NCBI RefSeq assembly: GCF_009914755.1
Contig: NC_060935.1
Direction: 5' to 3' (one strand)
DNA: 64,000 nucleotides
Origin: the human T2T-CHM13v2.0 reference genome, Homo sapiens
Shown piece after piece: positions 31,849 through 51,276 of the stretch. Position numbers and translations under genes: made by a program. Each line of letters starts with the position of its first letter. Within the stretch, counting starts at the first letter, position 1. The notes under the pieces were generated by a model that saw only the letters and a program-made list of their open reading frames with translations, was not told the origin of the DNA and did no database searches.

Positions 31849-32607
31849 TATTTTTATTTGTATGAGTATTAAGTAGTTTGACACAGCAACAAAGTTGTCC
31901 TTTGTTTCCCAAAGGCAAAAGTATACATTTCTTACTAAGATATCTTATAAACATTCTCTCTCCTAACACCTCCTTCTAGTAATCATTTTCACATAGTAGA
32001 ATACTTCACTCAGCTGAAAATGAGTGGCCAAGAAAAAAATACAAGAAAAGGAATAAGAAGTGATTATTTTCTTTAGGGCTGCACTTTGAATGTGATGAGT
32101 AATAAGGTTACCTTCATTGTGGAGGTGATGTTTACAATTGCCTCCAGCCCTTTACTATTGGTGCTGAAGCCACCATTGGTGCCAGCTCTATAATTTCTTC
32201 TTCTTGTGGAATTAACAAAGAAAGGAGTGTCAAGGACTGAGATGACCCTCAGATTGGGGGGCTGTCTTAGATTCTAGGGCTTTGTAGTACTATGTTTCTG
32301 TTTAAAGTAGTGGCCTCAGGTGACTTTGTAATAGCCCTGTAGTTGCAAAAAGGGTAACTACAAAGAAATGAAACTGACTCTAGTGTGTGTGACTTCTGGA
32401 AACAGAAGTGGGGCAGTAAGTTGGCCATGATATAGCTAGTGTCATAGGACTACAGCAGAGTAGTGAGTGAATGGCCTTAAGCTTACAGCTGTGGTGAATA
32501 AGAATGTGTGCTATTTTACACACAGAAGAAAATGATTGACTTTTGGTTGGAGGAAAGAATTTATATCTGGTCTTTTGGAAATTATTCTGTTGCTGTTTTA
32601 TGTGGGC

Positions 32608-32647
32608 TCTCTCTCTCTCCCTCTCTCTCTCTCTCTGTCTGTCTCTC
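32608..32647 (+). repeat. (CT)n microsatellite
   Basis: ctctctctctctccctctctctctctctctgtctgtctct. Confidence 0.88.
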
Positions 32648-34149
32648 TTGCTGCTCCCTCTCCCTGCCACCTTGTCCATTCTCTGCTTGCTGGTGTTACT
32701 TTATGTTAACTAGTCTCCTTGGACTTCATTGCAACCTTTTAAGCCAGCCGTTCAAGTGAGAGGCTCTGGAGTGATCATAACGGTGATAACAATGGAGTAA
32801 ACATTTCCAGAGACACTGATTTTTTTTTTATATGCTCTGTTTTTCTTAGGCAGGATGACGTAGAAGATAATTGCACAGATATGGAAGGAGATGTTTCTCT
32901 GTATGTGAAGCCTTTAAATCCAGAACAATTAATTTCTTCTCTTCTTAAAACCCCGTAACATCACTTGACTCTGGAATTTCCTATTTTCTTTTACTTTCTC
33001 CATTTTTTTTCCATCTGTCCCTCCTACGAATATGTTTTACATGAAATAATGTATTGGGTTTTATCTTTTGTCCCAGCAGACCTGAAAATCCCAGTATATT
33101 ACCACAGACACACATACCATCTGGTCACCAACAGGGACATCAGGGCCAAGAGCAGTTTATACTTCTTTCTTTAGCTCACAAACTACTATAGCTTGCCTGT
33201 TCAGTTTTTTTTTTTTTTAATATTCAGTTTTGTGCCATACTCTCCCCCACCCCCAGCCTGCTGCCTCTGCAGAGCACAACATTCTAATCTTGTCAGACCG
33301 TGGATAATAGGATGTTCCCTGGTCTTGGCATAGAGGCCATAGGCATACAACATGCTTTATCTGCCTTGCTTAGACTCAGCATCCCTTTCTGTCTTGAGAG
33401 ATTCAGGCTTCCATAAAGTAGACCTGTAGACCTATGTTGGCTGAGGTCACCCTGCATTACTACTTTCCTCCATCCCTGAACTAGGACCAGTTAATTTTCG
33501 AAGTCTAGTTCTTCAGTGTCTATTAAACTTTTTCCAGTAGTTAATCGATCTCTTAAATTAATTTTCTTTTCAGATTATTTTTGGTCACCTAAGAGGACCC
33601 TGAAGCTATAGTGCCAAAGGTTTAAAGCATGAAGTACATCCTGTGGTTGGTCATTATGGGATTGGATGCCAAAAGGAATGGGAGAGAAGAGACTATAAAC
33701 ATATTTTAAGCCTTATCTCTTTTCTCCTATTCTTTTCTTTACCTTTCCTGGCCCGTGCTTTCCTGCCATATCTTTGCTATGTATTTCTTCATCTTGAGCT
33801 CTCAAGGGAAAAAACAGAAGTCCTTATTTTTCTATTTATTTCAGGGAAAATTGAAGGTAAATAATATCTGCAAAGCTTCAGGAAGAAATTCAGTTGCATC
33901 TGAATCTGAGTCGGCAGTTTTTGATAGCCTGTCACTGCTCAGGGATAGCACTAAGGCTCTCTTCAGAACCAAAGGGCAGGATAAATAAATCTATGAAACT
34001 AGAGGCATCATTGAATCATCTGAGGACCTTTTTTTTTTTTTTTTTCACTAAAACGCTTCCTATAACTTGGATTAAAATTCAAAAATGGGATTGCAGTCAT
34101 TGTTAATTGCTCAACTAGTGGCAGTTTTTCCTTGCTGAGGGAACACTGA

Positions 34150-35278
34150 TGTTGTTTAAGACAGTTACATGCCTAGCCCCAGGGATGAATCATAATTGTT
34201 CTAGGCCTTTCATGTCTTTCCTTTCTTCTTGTCCAGATACTTTTCCAACCAGCCTTTACTCGGAGGTGTTCATGTGACCCTGTTTTGGCCAATAAAATGT
34301 AATGGAAAATCTGGGAAACACTTGGGAAAAATCTTCCCTCTCTGCTTAAAGGAAAGTTCTTTTTACCTCTTTTTCTCTTGTTCAAGGTATTAGTATTAGT
34401 CAGTAGGGTCTGAATCTGTGGCAGCAATCTTGCAGACATGAAATGAAAAGTACAAACATGAAAAACCAGCATATTAAAGATGCCAGGTCAGAAAAATAGA
34501 AAGAACCTGCTTCTGTGAGCCACTGAATGGTGCCATTAACCATCTGCATTTGAGCATTTTGAGAAAATAAACCTCTATTTCTTAAAGTTCTGTATCAGTC
34601 AGGGTTTCCCAGAGAGGCAGAACAATAGGGATAGAGAGATACATAGAGAGAGATATGAGAGGGATAGAGAGAGACACAGAGAGAGATATGAGAGGGGATT
34701 AAGGGAGTTGGCTCATGTGATTGTGGAGGCTGAGAAACCCCACCACAGGCCATTCATAACCTGGAGACCTTGGGATGCTGGTGGTCTGGCTCAGTACAAG
34801 TCCAAAAGCCTTGGAACCAGGGAAACTGATGGTGTAATTCTCAGTCCAAGGCTGAATTTTCAAGTCTGAGAACCTGGGGGTGGGATGGGGGAGTGATAGT
34901 TTTAAGTCCTGGAGTCCCAAGGTTAGAGGATCTGGGGTCCTAATGTCCATGGGCAGTTGGAGAAGAGTGTATCCCTGCTGCAGGGGAGAGAGAGAAGCCA
35001 ATTCTCCTTTCTTCTGTTTTTATTCTACCCAGGCCTCCAGTGGATTGGAGGTGCCTGCCCATATTGAGGGCAGATCTTCTCTGCCTAGTCCACGCTAACT
35101 CACATGCCAATCTCCTCTGGAAACACCCTCACAGACACACCCCAAAATAATGCCTTACCAGTTCTCTAGATATTCCTTAATCCAGTCAAGTTGATGCCTA
35201 AAATTAACCATCACAGGCTTTATGGCTCTATTACCCAAGAATTCTGTTACTTTCAGCTGAAAACATTTCTAATGGACA
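34150..35278 (+). mobile_element. Old MLT1 (MaLR) LTR split by an MLT2 insertion
   Basis: catgtgaccc...ggccaata, aaaataaacctctattt and the terminal ttctgttactttcagctgaaaacatttctaatggaca are MLT1-type motifs. Left boundary approximate. Confidence 0.6.
34591..35215 (-). mobile_element. MLT2 (ERV-L) solo LTR
   Basis: TGTATCAGTCAGGGTTTCCCAGAGAG...CCAGTCAAGTTGATGCCTAAAATTAACCATCACA with TG..CA ends and an internal GA-rich repeat. Confidence 0.85.
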
Positions 35279-35469
35279 TATTCCAATTCTGTATAGATCA
35301 GATCTCAGTTTCATTTCCCATTATATCCTTCTCTCTCTTGATTTAGAATTCTCTTTTTCTCCACTCTTCTGTGTATGCTAAAATACTGTCAATCTCGTCT
35401 TTGAAGGTTTTGCTCATCTTTAAAAAATCTTAGTTGATTATGTTTTATGTGTCATTTAATTAAGGAATG

Positions 35470-36328
<859 letters not shown>

Positions 36329-37175
36329 TTATAAGTGTCATTTTTAAAACATTGGTTTTTAACCATATAGAAATAAATCTAAAAAGAGCCTGCAAAACAA
36401 AACATCCTTTAAACATGTTTAAGTAGATAGAATATCTGAAATTCTGGATTTTTCAGTCACTTCATTATTATGCCGTGGCAGCCAAGTAATCCTTAACTTC
36501 AGTTGGATGAACTAAACTTCCTAAATACAGCTTCATTGCAGATTCCAACTTCTATGTTATCTTCTGTCATTTGCCTTTTAACACTTTCCTTTAGGGTTAA
36601 GATGGCTATATGAATGGCATTTTAAATTTCAGATCTTCATTGTTTCTTCTCTCAAAGAAAGTTTTCCCAGTCACACAGTTCTTTCCCATTGCTGTGGCAT
36701 TCAAAGAAAGCTCCAGATGGATCTGCCTGAGTAAATATGTCTGTCCCCCACAACCACAAATAGGTAGAAAGACTCCAAATGGACAAATACCACCAGACTC
36801 GGTGTATTCTTGGATCTCAGAAGCTAATTTCTCTACCAGCTGAGTTGTGGGAATGGGTTCTTGGTAAACAGGATAGTATTGCTCAGCTAGCTTTTGAACT
36901 CCATGCACAAGCATTCTGTAATCTGCACCCATGCCACTATACACCAAACCTGTATGTTTGGTAATTGGTTCCACTCTGTGTACACTTTGCTCATCATATA
37001 GAATAGATTTCTGCTCTTCTCAGTTGCTAATACCATGCCATTTGCTGCTTTAACTCCCACTGAAAGGGCTTTTCCAGCTAGAGCAGCCAAAGCCTATTCA
37101 ATATGGACAAATTTACTAGACAGGCCCAATGTAGTCAGCGAGAAGCTGTAACTAAGTTCCTCCATCTTTATCCAG
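36329..37175 (-). pseudogene. PSMA2P1: Processed pseudogene of proteasome subunit alpha 2 (PSMA2), probably PSMA2P1
   Basis: Intronless. ATG at 37165 (MEELSYSFSLTT...[28 protein letters not shown]) with an in-frame TAG and frameshifts. ORF 36606..36974 gives [18 protein letters not shown]...[13 protein letters not shown]...ATAMGKN.VTGKTF. Ends ...KDYLAATA* at 36468, followed by a 3' UTR remnant. The P1 number is from recall. Confidence 0.9.
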
Positions 37176-38849
37176 ATAACCCTTTTCTCTCTGTCTTAGT
37201 GCAGCAGTTTGCTAATACCCCCAATAAAGCACATTTCATTTGATTCTGATTAGCTATGTATTCATCTGTTGCTCTTTTAGGTTGTGGTATATATTTGAAG
37301 AGCAAAGACTACAGCTTATCCTCCATCTGAGTGTATGTCAGGCCTTTATAAAGGGAGTGGAGTTAGGATGGGAGGTGGTTTTCTCAGCAGCTGCTTGTTG
37401 GATGCCTGCTAACTTTATGGAGTCTGCAGACCAAAAATTCACACTTAATTTTTCCTATAAAAGTCTGGAAAATATTATTCTTACAAATGATTTTGTAAAT
37501 ACTGCAGGAAATTGGCTCCTACTACTATCCCAGCAGCTATTGAAGCCAGTTTGGCTTCAGGTCCTAGACAAATGATTTGTCATCTGTTTCATTTGTTTGT
37601 TTTTTTTCCTGACAGAGCTGGAATTCTGGATTGTTCCCCACTTTAAAAACTTCAAAATCCAAACCAGAAGTAGACAGGACAGGACACGAGGCTCCCCATT
37701 CCCACTTAGTTTCACAGAGTGAAAAATCACAGGCAGTTTGCCCAGAATTATATTTTATGTCTGGCCTTTGAATAGCATATTAAGGTAAAAAAAAAATTGT
37801 TGCTGTTGTTTTTCTATAACAGATAGGGCCTTAGATATTTGAGAGAGGAAAAGGATTGGAATCACTCTTATCAATATAGGTAGGGCTCTAACAAATAGCT
37901 TCTGATACTCATTTTTAGAGGAAAGAGAAGGACACTAAAATTTAAGAGGTGTGCCTCTGATATGTGGTAAATTGTTTATATTTCACTCAATCCTCACACC
38001 TTATCAGGTAGGTATTATTAGTTCTGTTTTATCAGCTAGGGAACTGGGAATCAAAAAGTGTGGTAATTTACCCAAGGTAACAATACTGGAATTTGAACTC
38101 AGATCTCCAAGAGTTGAAATTTTAAGTAGCATCGTTACTCACTCCCCTTAAAATTAATCATTTATCACTGAAATAAAAACCCTTGCCTCCCGAAGTGGTT
38201 GATGTTTACTTTCAGCTTAACTAAAAGAATAGGAACAAGATTTACCTTTTCATCTGAAACAACTAAAAGACCTGACAATACTGTATGTAATAAAACAATA
38301 GTTTTCAGACACTAGTCATGAAGCAGTGAATAGCAACAATCCTGAAAGAAGGAACACAAATGAGTTGTGTTTTATGATTCCCCTAGCTGATATCTGGAGA
38401 GAGATTCCAGATTGCAGCCTAAGGAAAGAGAACTAAGAGAGAAACCAGAGATTTCTCTGAGTTGAGGGAACAGAGGTGGGAGTCCAGAGAGGCTAAAGTC
38501 GATGAAGTTCATAAGGCAGAGTACAAAAGAGGAGAGAGCTGCACAGAAAAAAGGCTTGCAGATCTCAAGAGCGTCCCCCTTGAGACATAAGCTGAGTACT
38601 TCGGCATGCATGGGAAAATTACCAAGGTTGGAGAAAGAACCACCCGAAAGGAGCAGAGGGAGCAATCATTGGAGTTCACGCAAGGAAGCGAGTAGTTTGT
38701 GTTCCTGCTAGCCAGAGTAGCACAATTCATTTTACAAAGGGTGCTGGATAGAGTAGTCAGGAAAATAGAGCCTCATAGGGGAGCAAAATTAACCCTAGAC
38801 TAAAGGCTGGTCTCATCTTACCTATTGAAGCTTAAAAGCCTCAGTTTCC

Positions 38850-39334
<485 letters not shown>

Positions 39335-39903
39335 TCACAGCTATATGCCGTATGGTCAAGAAAGAGGCCAGTTTAACATATTAAGTAGAGATATAGAAGA
39401 TAAAAAAGGGACCAGAAAATAACTTGTAAGAGATGAAAATACAATGTATTAATAAACTTTTTTTGTTATTTTTGAATGTATTTAAAAGATAATTGATTTC
39501 CTAAAGCAGAAATAATAACAGTTTATAGTGGAGTTTATAACACATGTCAAAATAAAACAATCACACAAAGTTCAGGATTCAGCAAATGAAATTATACCAT
39601 TGTAAGTTTCTTATGTGCTATGAAGTAAGTACATTACATGAAGGAAAACTGCATTAAGTTACAGATGCATAATATAAACCCTAATTTCTTTCCCCCCACA
39701 AATAAAATTATAGTTAATAAGCCAACAAAGGAAATATAGTGGAATCATTAAAAACAATTTAGTTAATTGAAAAGAAGGAAGAAAAAGAAGGTGGTGAAGA
39801 GAGAACAAAGGGACAAAAACACATGAGACAAAAATAAAATGTCTGGAAAATCCCCAAATATGTGGAAATGACACGATTCTAATGAAGAAATGAAAATAAG
39901 TTA

Positions 39904-40260
<357 letters not shown>

Positions 40261-40718
40261 TTATTTGTTACAAATAATGCAATCTTTAAGTTTTCTTAAA
40301 GGAAAACTTACAACACTAGTTGTCTATATTAGAATAGAAGAAAATTATCAAATTGGTCATCTCAACTTCTATCTTAAGAAACTAGGGAAAAAAGCAAATT
40401 AAACCCAAAATAAACAGAAGAAGAGGTAATAATGATAAAATCAGAAGTCCAAGAAATAAAAAAAGGAAAAACAATGGAGAAAAGCTAATAAAACCACAAG
40501 TTTGTTCTTTGAGAAAAATCAATAAAATTGATAAAACTCTAGCCAAACAGATTGGAGGGGAAAAAAAAAGAGAGAAGGCATAGGAATATTAGGAATAAAG
40601 ACAGTGACATCACTACAGATTCTTCAGAAATTAAAAGTATAGTCAGTTACCATTAAAAACAACTTCATGCCAATAAATTTGGCAAGTTAGATGAAATGGA
40701 CAGATACCTTGAAAGATA

Positions 40719-41412
<694 letters not shown>

Positions 41413-42239
41413 TATACAAACTAATGAGCTCATGAAGAACTAGATAATATGAGCAACACTGTATTTATTAAAGAAATGATACTTTTAGTTAAACAAAATG
41501 TGAAATTTTGTTTTGTCAAACAAAACTCCAGGCCCAGCTGGGTTCACTGATGAGTTCTACAAAACATCTAAGGAAAAAAAAAATACACCAATTGTACACA
41601 CTATTCCAGAAAATAATGAGGAGAGAAGACTTCTCATCTCAATATATGAAGCCATCTGATACCAAAACCAGGCAAGGACATTACAAGAAAAAACAACTAA
41701 AGCCCACCGTCCATCCTGACCATAAAGAAAAAAATTCTCAACAAAATTTTAGCAAACTGAACAATAAATAAAAAGGATAATATAAGGTGACCAAGTGAGG
41801 TTATCTCAGGAACTCAAGGTTGAGAATCAATCAATTGAAAAATCAATCATTGCAATCCATTATATTTACAAACTAAAAAAAGGAAAACCATATGATTATC
41901 TAAATAGAACCAGGAAAAGCATATGGTGAAACTCAACATTGATTTCTCATAACTTTCAGCAAACTAGGACTAGAAGGGAATTTCCTCAAATGAGGAATAT
42001 AAAGGACTTTCTAATAATCTAATAAAGAGCATCAATGAAAACTCTATAGCGAATGTCATATTTAACTGTGAAAGACCAAATGCTTTTCCTCTAAGATTAT
42101 CAACAAGGCAAGAATGCCTGCTCTTAGAACTGATTAGCATTGTACTAGAGGTTCTAGTTATTGCAGTAAGGCACGAAGAAGGAATAAACCCATTCAAATT
42201 AGAAAGCAAGAAGTAATTCTCCATTAAATTTTTAAATTT

Positions 42240-42858
<619 letters not shown>

Positions 42859-43656
42859 AGACAACATAATCGTCGTCTGCCATTAAACAGACATCCTAAA
42901 TTTGTAGGATTAGAAAATCCTATGAAATCTACAAAACTGCTAGAATTGATGAGTGAATGTTGCAAAATAATTCTAAAATGTATATAGAAATGGAAAAGTT
43001 ATAAAGTAGCCAAAATTACTTCATAAAAGAACAAAGTTAAGGGATGTATGTTACCTGATTTGAAGGGTTATTATGAAGCTATCATAAGCAAGACATCCTA
43101 GTATTGGTGTAAAATTAGACAAATAGATCAATGGAACATCATAGTGACTTGAGAGATCAACTCAGACATATTTGGTTAACTGAATTTTGGCAAAGGTGCA
43201 ATGGTAAATGGAGAAAGAATAATCTTTTTAACACATGCTGGAACAATTGGCTAGGGATTTTTTTAAAAAAAGAAAAATGGGAAAAAAGAACATTGACTTC
43301 TATTGCAAATTATTACAAAACTAACTTGTATCATATATATAAATTTAATTAAAAATGTATCATTTCGAGACCTAAATGTAACATGTAAAATTATAACATT
43401 TCTGGAAAAAATTGAGAAAATATTTGTTATCTTCATTTAGGTAAAGATTTTTTAGATATGACATCAAAAATACAGTCCATAAAAGAAAATTTTGATAAGT
43501 TGGAGTGCATCAAAACATAAAACTTTGGTTTCTTCCAAAGACAGGATTAACAGAATGAAAAGACAGCTTACATACTGGGAGAAAATATTTGCAAATCGCA
43601 GTCCAGTAAAGAGCTTTATCTGCAATATATAAAGAACTGTTGGAACTCAATAGGAA

Positions 43657-45434
43657 GATTGACTTCTGGCATAACAGCATGAGGAGTTCTGCTGACACAT
43701 TCCCCGGTGAAACTAGTGAAAGTTATTATTTTTTCTGTCTCTGCTGCTTGAAGGAGAAAAACATTGTTAAAATCTCCAGCCATTTAGAGTCTCTGGAAAT
43801 GGTCCTCAGGACAAAGAGCAAATGAAGAAACATCTCTTTTAGAAAATTTAGTAAGAAAGGTGAGATTCTGTGATATTTGAACCAAGACTTCTTCCACCCT
43901 CCCCACTCCCAGCTCAGCAAGGTAGTGACTCCACTCTAGATAACTGCAGCCAACAACACAAGGCTCTTTCCCTCCTTGGTTCCCAATCAAAGGCTTTTTT
44001 TTTTTTTTCCAGTAGAGATAGCACTTAACAACTCTCATCCTGCCCCTTCTTGCCTGTTGCTGAGGTTAAATCCCAGGTGAATGTGACTGAGAGGTGGAAG
44101 CTCCTTTCTTCTACCGAACTCTTACTCTTGGAATGGAGGTTCTACCTTAGGTGTAGCAAACAGAAAATATTGGGTCCTTATAACCCTTCTCCCATGCAGA
44201 GAATATTGAGCCCTTATTAAGGTGGTAGGTCCATGCCAGAAGAGGCAAGCTGAGAGGACCAGACTGCAGCTACTCCCCATTCCCACTGAATTCTCAGCTC
44301 CTAGTATGTGAGAATCACTTGGAGAGAAGCTTGCCATTGTCCTTACTCTCCAGCTCCAAAGTCAGGGAAAGATGGAAAGGAGCCCTACCAGTACCACTGT
44401 CATCCCCAGGTGACTGTAGGCATACCCAAAGCTGTACCATCCTGAAGAGCAACATCAGAGGCTGGACACTGTAGGGGAGAAATAGACTTCACTAAAATAA
44501 TTCAACCAGTCACTAGACCAGCAGACAAGCAACAACAAAGCTCAGAGTGGGGTATTCATTATCCAGTGTTCCTACAATATATTATCTAAAATATTCAGTT
44601 TCCAACAAAAAAATTTTTGAGTCATGCAAGGAAACAGGAAAGTGTGACCCATGCAATGAAAAAAAAAAAAACCAAAAACGTAAAATAAAAATAACCAGGC
44701 AACAGCAACTGCCCATGAGAGTGGCCAGATGTTGGCTTTAATAGGAAATGATTTTAAAGTAACCATTATAAATATGTTCACAGAACTGAAGGACAGCTTG
44801 ACTAAAAAAGGTAAAGGAAGGTATAGTGATAATGTTTTATCAAATAGAGAATATCAATAAAGATAGATTTCTTAATGGAAATTCTGGAGTTTAAAGTACA
44901 ATAACTAAAATTTAAAAATGTATTAGAAGTGCTCAACAATAGATTTGAATTGGCAGCAGAAGGAATTTCTGAGCTTAAGGATTGGTCAATAGAGATTATG
45001 CATTCCAAAGAACAGGAAAAAAGAATGAAGGAAAGTAAACAGAACCTCAGAGAAAGGCGAGATACCATTAAGTACACTGATACACATGTAATGTGAGTAT
45101 CAGGATTATCAGGAGGAGGGGAGGGGAGGGAAGAAGAGGGAAAGAGTTAGGTAAAAAAATACTGGAAGAAATAATGGCTGAAAACTTCCCAAATTTATTG
45201 ACAAACAATAACCTACACATCCAGGAAACTCAATGATCTCCGAATTAGGTAAACACAAAGAGAGCCATAGATAAACATATTATAGGAAAAATGTGGAAAA
45301 AGACAAAGAGATAATTTGAAAGAAGAGAAAAATAATCTATCACTTTCAAAGGAACCTCCAAGATTAACAGCTGACTTCCTAGCAGAAACAATAAAGGCCA
45401 GAAGGCAATGGGATACCATAGTCAGTGTGCTCAA
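43657..45434 (+). mobile_element. Second old L1M piece (5' UTR plus ORF1) inserted inside the host L1 ORF2
   Basis: ORF1-type motifs (atggaaattctggagtttaaa, gaaataatggctgaaaacttcccaaattt, aacagctgacttc...gccagaaggcaatgg). Host ORF2 sequence resumes at ~45435. Confidence 0.6.
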
Positions 45435-45980
45435 AACTCAATAATACGAAAAACAGTCTGATTTTTTTTAAATGGGCAAAAGATTTGAACACATTTTACA
45501 TAAGAAGATACGTGGATGGCAGATAAGCGCATTAAAAGGTGCTCCACATCATTGCAAATTAAAACCAGTTGCAGATTAAATGTCAATTAGAACCACAATG
45601 TGACACCACTATACACTCACTGAAATGACTAACTACAAAAACTATACTAACTGCTAGCAAGGATGTGGAGAAGCTTGAACTGTCATATATTGCTAATGGG
45701 AATGTGAATTAGAGCAACCTAATTGAAACAATTTGTTCATCTCTGAAAAGCTAAACATACAGTAGCATATGACTCAGGCATTTCAATCACAGCCATAGCT
45801 ACCCAAGAGAAATGAAAGTCTTATATATGAATGTTCACAGCAGCTTTATTTGTAATAGCCAAAAAGTTGAAAGAACCTAAAAGTCTTTCGGTAGGTGAAT
45901 GGATAAACAAATTTTGTATATCCATATAATAAAATACTTTGCAGAAATGAGAAGAATGAGCCAGTGACATGTGCAACATG
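45435..45980 (+). mobile_element. Old L1M ORF2 C-terminus and 3' UTR
   Basis: aaatgggcaaaagatttgaac, caaggatgtggagaag, tacccaagagaaatgaaa, gcagctttatttgtaatagcc. Confidence 0.75.
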
Positions 45981-46236
45981 CTAATAGTTTTTAAAACCTT
46001 TTATTGTGAAATATACATATATCGTACACCAAAATCAACAAGTAGAATGTTGCCAGCACCCTCAGAAGCCTATTTTGTACCCTCTTGTAATCGTAATGCT
46101 TACCTCTCCCAGAGATAGCCACTGTTCTTTTTATAATAATCATGTCTACCTTAATGGGCATTCCCAAGCACTAGAGATTATTACATTGACAAGTTCTTGA
46201 ACCTTATGTAAATGGAATTATACACAGTATATCAGG

Positions 46237-46558
<322 letters not shown>

Positions 46559-47385
46559 ACAGTATATCCCTTTGTATCTGACTTCTTTCACTCAGCTTTG
46601 TATTTATTATTGTGTATAGCCACATATTTATTGTGGTGTATCGCTATAATATGTTTATTTTCATTTTGTTCAGTATTCTAAATATACCATGGACATGAAT
46701 TGTCCTGTTTACAGCTATTATAAAAATGCCATTGTTAGCATTCTCGTGAACGGTTCTGGATGCCTTGCATAACTTTTCTGTGAGTTATATACCTAGGAGT
46801 GGAGTCCCCAGGGGATAAGGTGTATTATATCTTTAAGTTCATTCGATGTCAGACTTTTCCAAAGTGGTTGTCCCCCAGTGTACGCTACTGCAGAGTTCTG
46901 TGATGGTCACACTTTTGTCCAGCCTCATAGTCTCTTAGCTAAAGCAACCCCAAATTTTGGGCTCACCTTTCTGAGCTTGACTTTCTTCTGGAATCTGGAT
47001 CATTAATTAATTTTCTTGTTACCTCTCCAATGCCTTCAAAAAGTTGTTTCTTGTATATTTTGTCCATTTTTGATGGTTGTCTTCATTTGGAGGGTTAGTC
47101 TGAATTGCATAGTCTACCATTACTTGAAGCAGAACCTCTACTATTTATGAAAACATTTATTTTTTTTTATTTTATTTTTTATTATACTCTAAGTTTTAGG
47201 GTACATGTGCACATTGTGCAGGTTAGTTACATATGTATACATGTGCCATGCTGGTGCGCTGCACCCACTAACGTGTCATCTAGCATTAGGTATATCTCCC
47301 AATGCTATCCCTCCCCCCTCCCCCGACCCCACCACAGTCCCCAGAGTGTGATATTCCCCTTCCTGTGTCCATGTGATCTCATTGT

Positions 47386-51237
<3,852 letters not shown>

Positions 51238-51276
51238 TCATTAGTTGATGCAGTTTCTTCCTAGTCTCGATGGTCT

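Noticed and set aside
36606-37090. Proteasome alpha-like ORFs as a functional retrogene
   Set aside because: An early in-frame TAG, several frameshifts and many non-conservative changes mark it as a decayed pseudogene.
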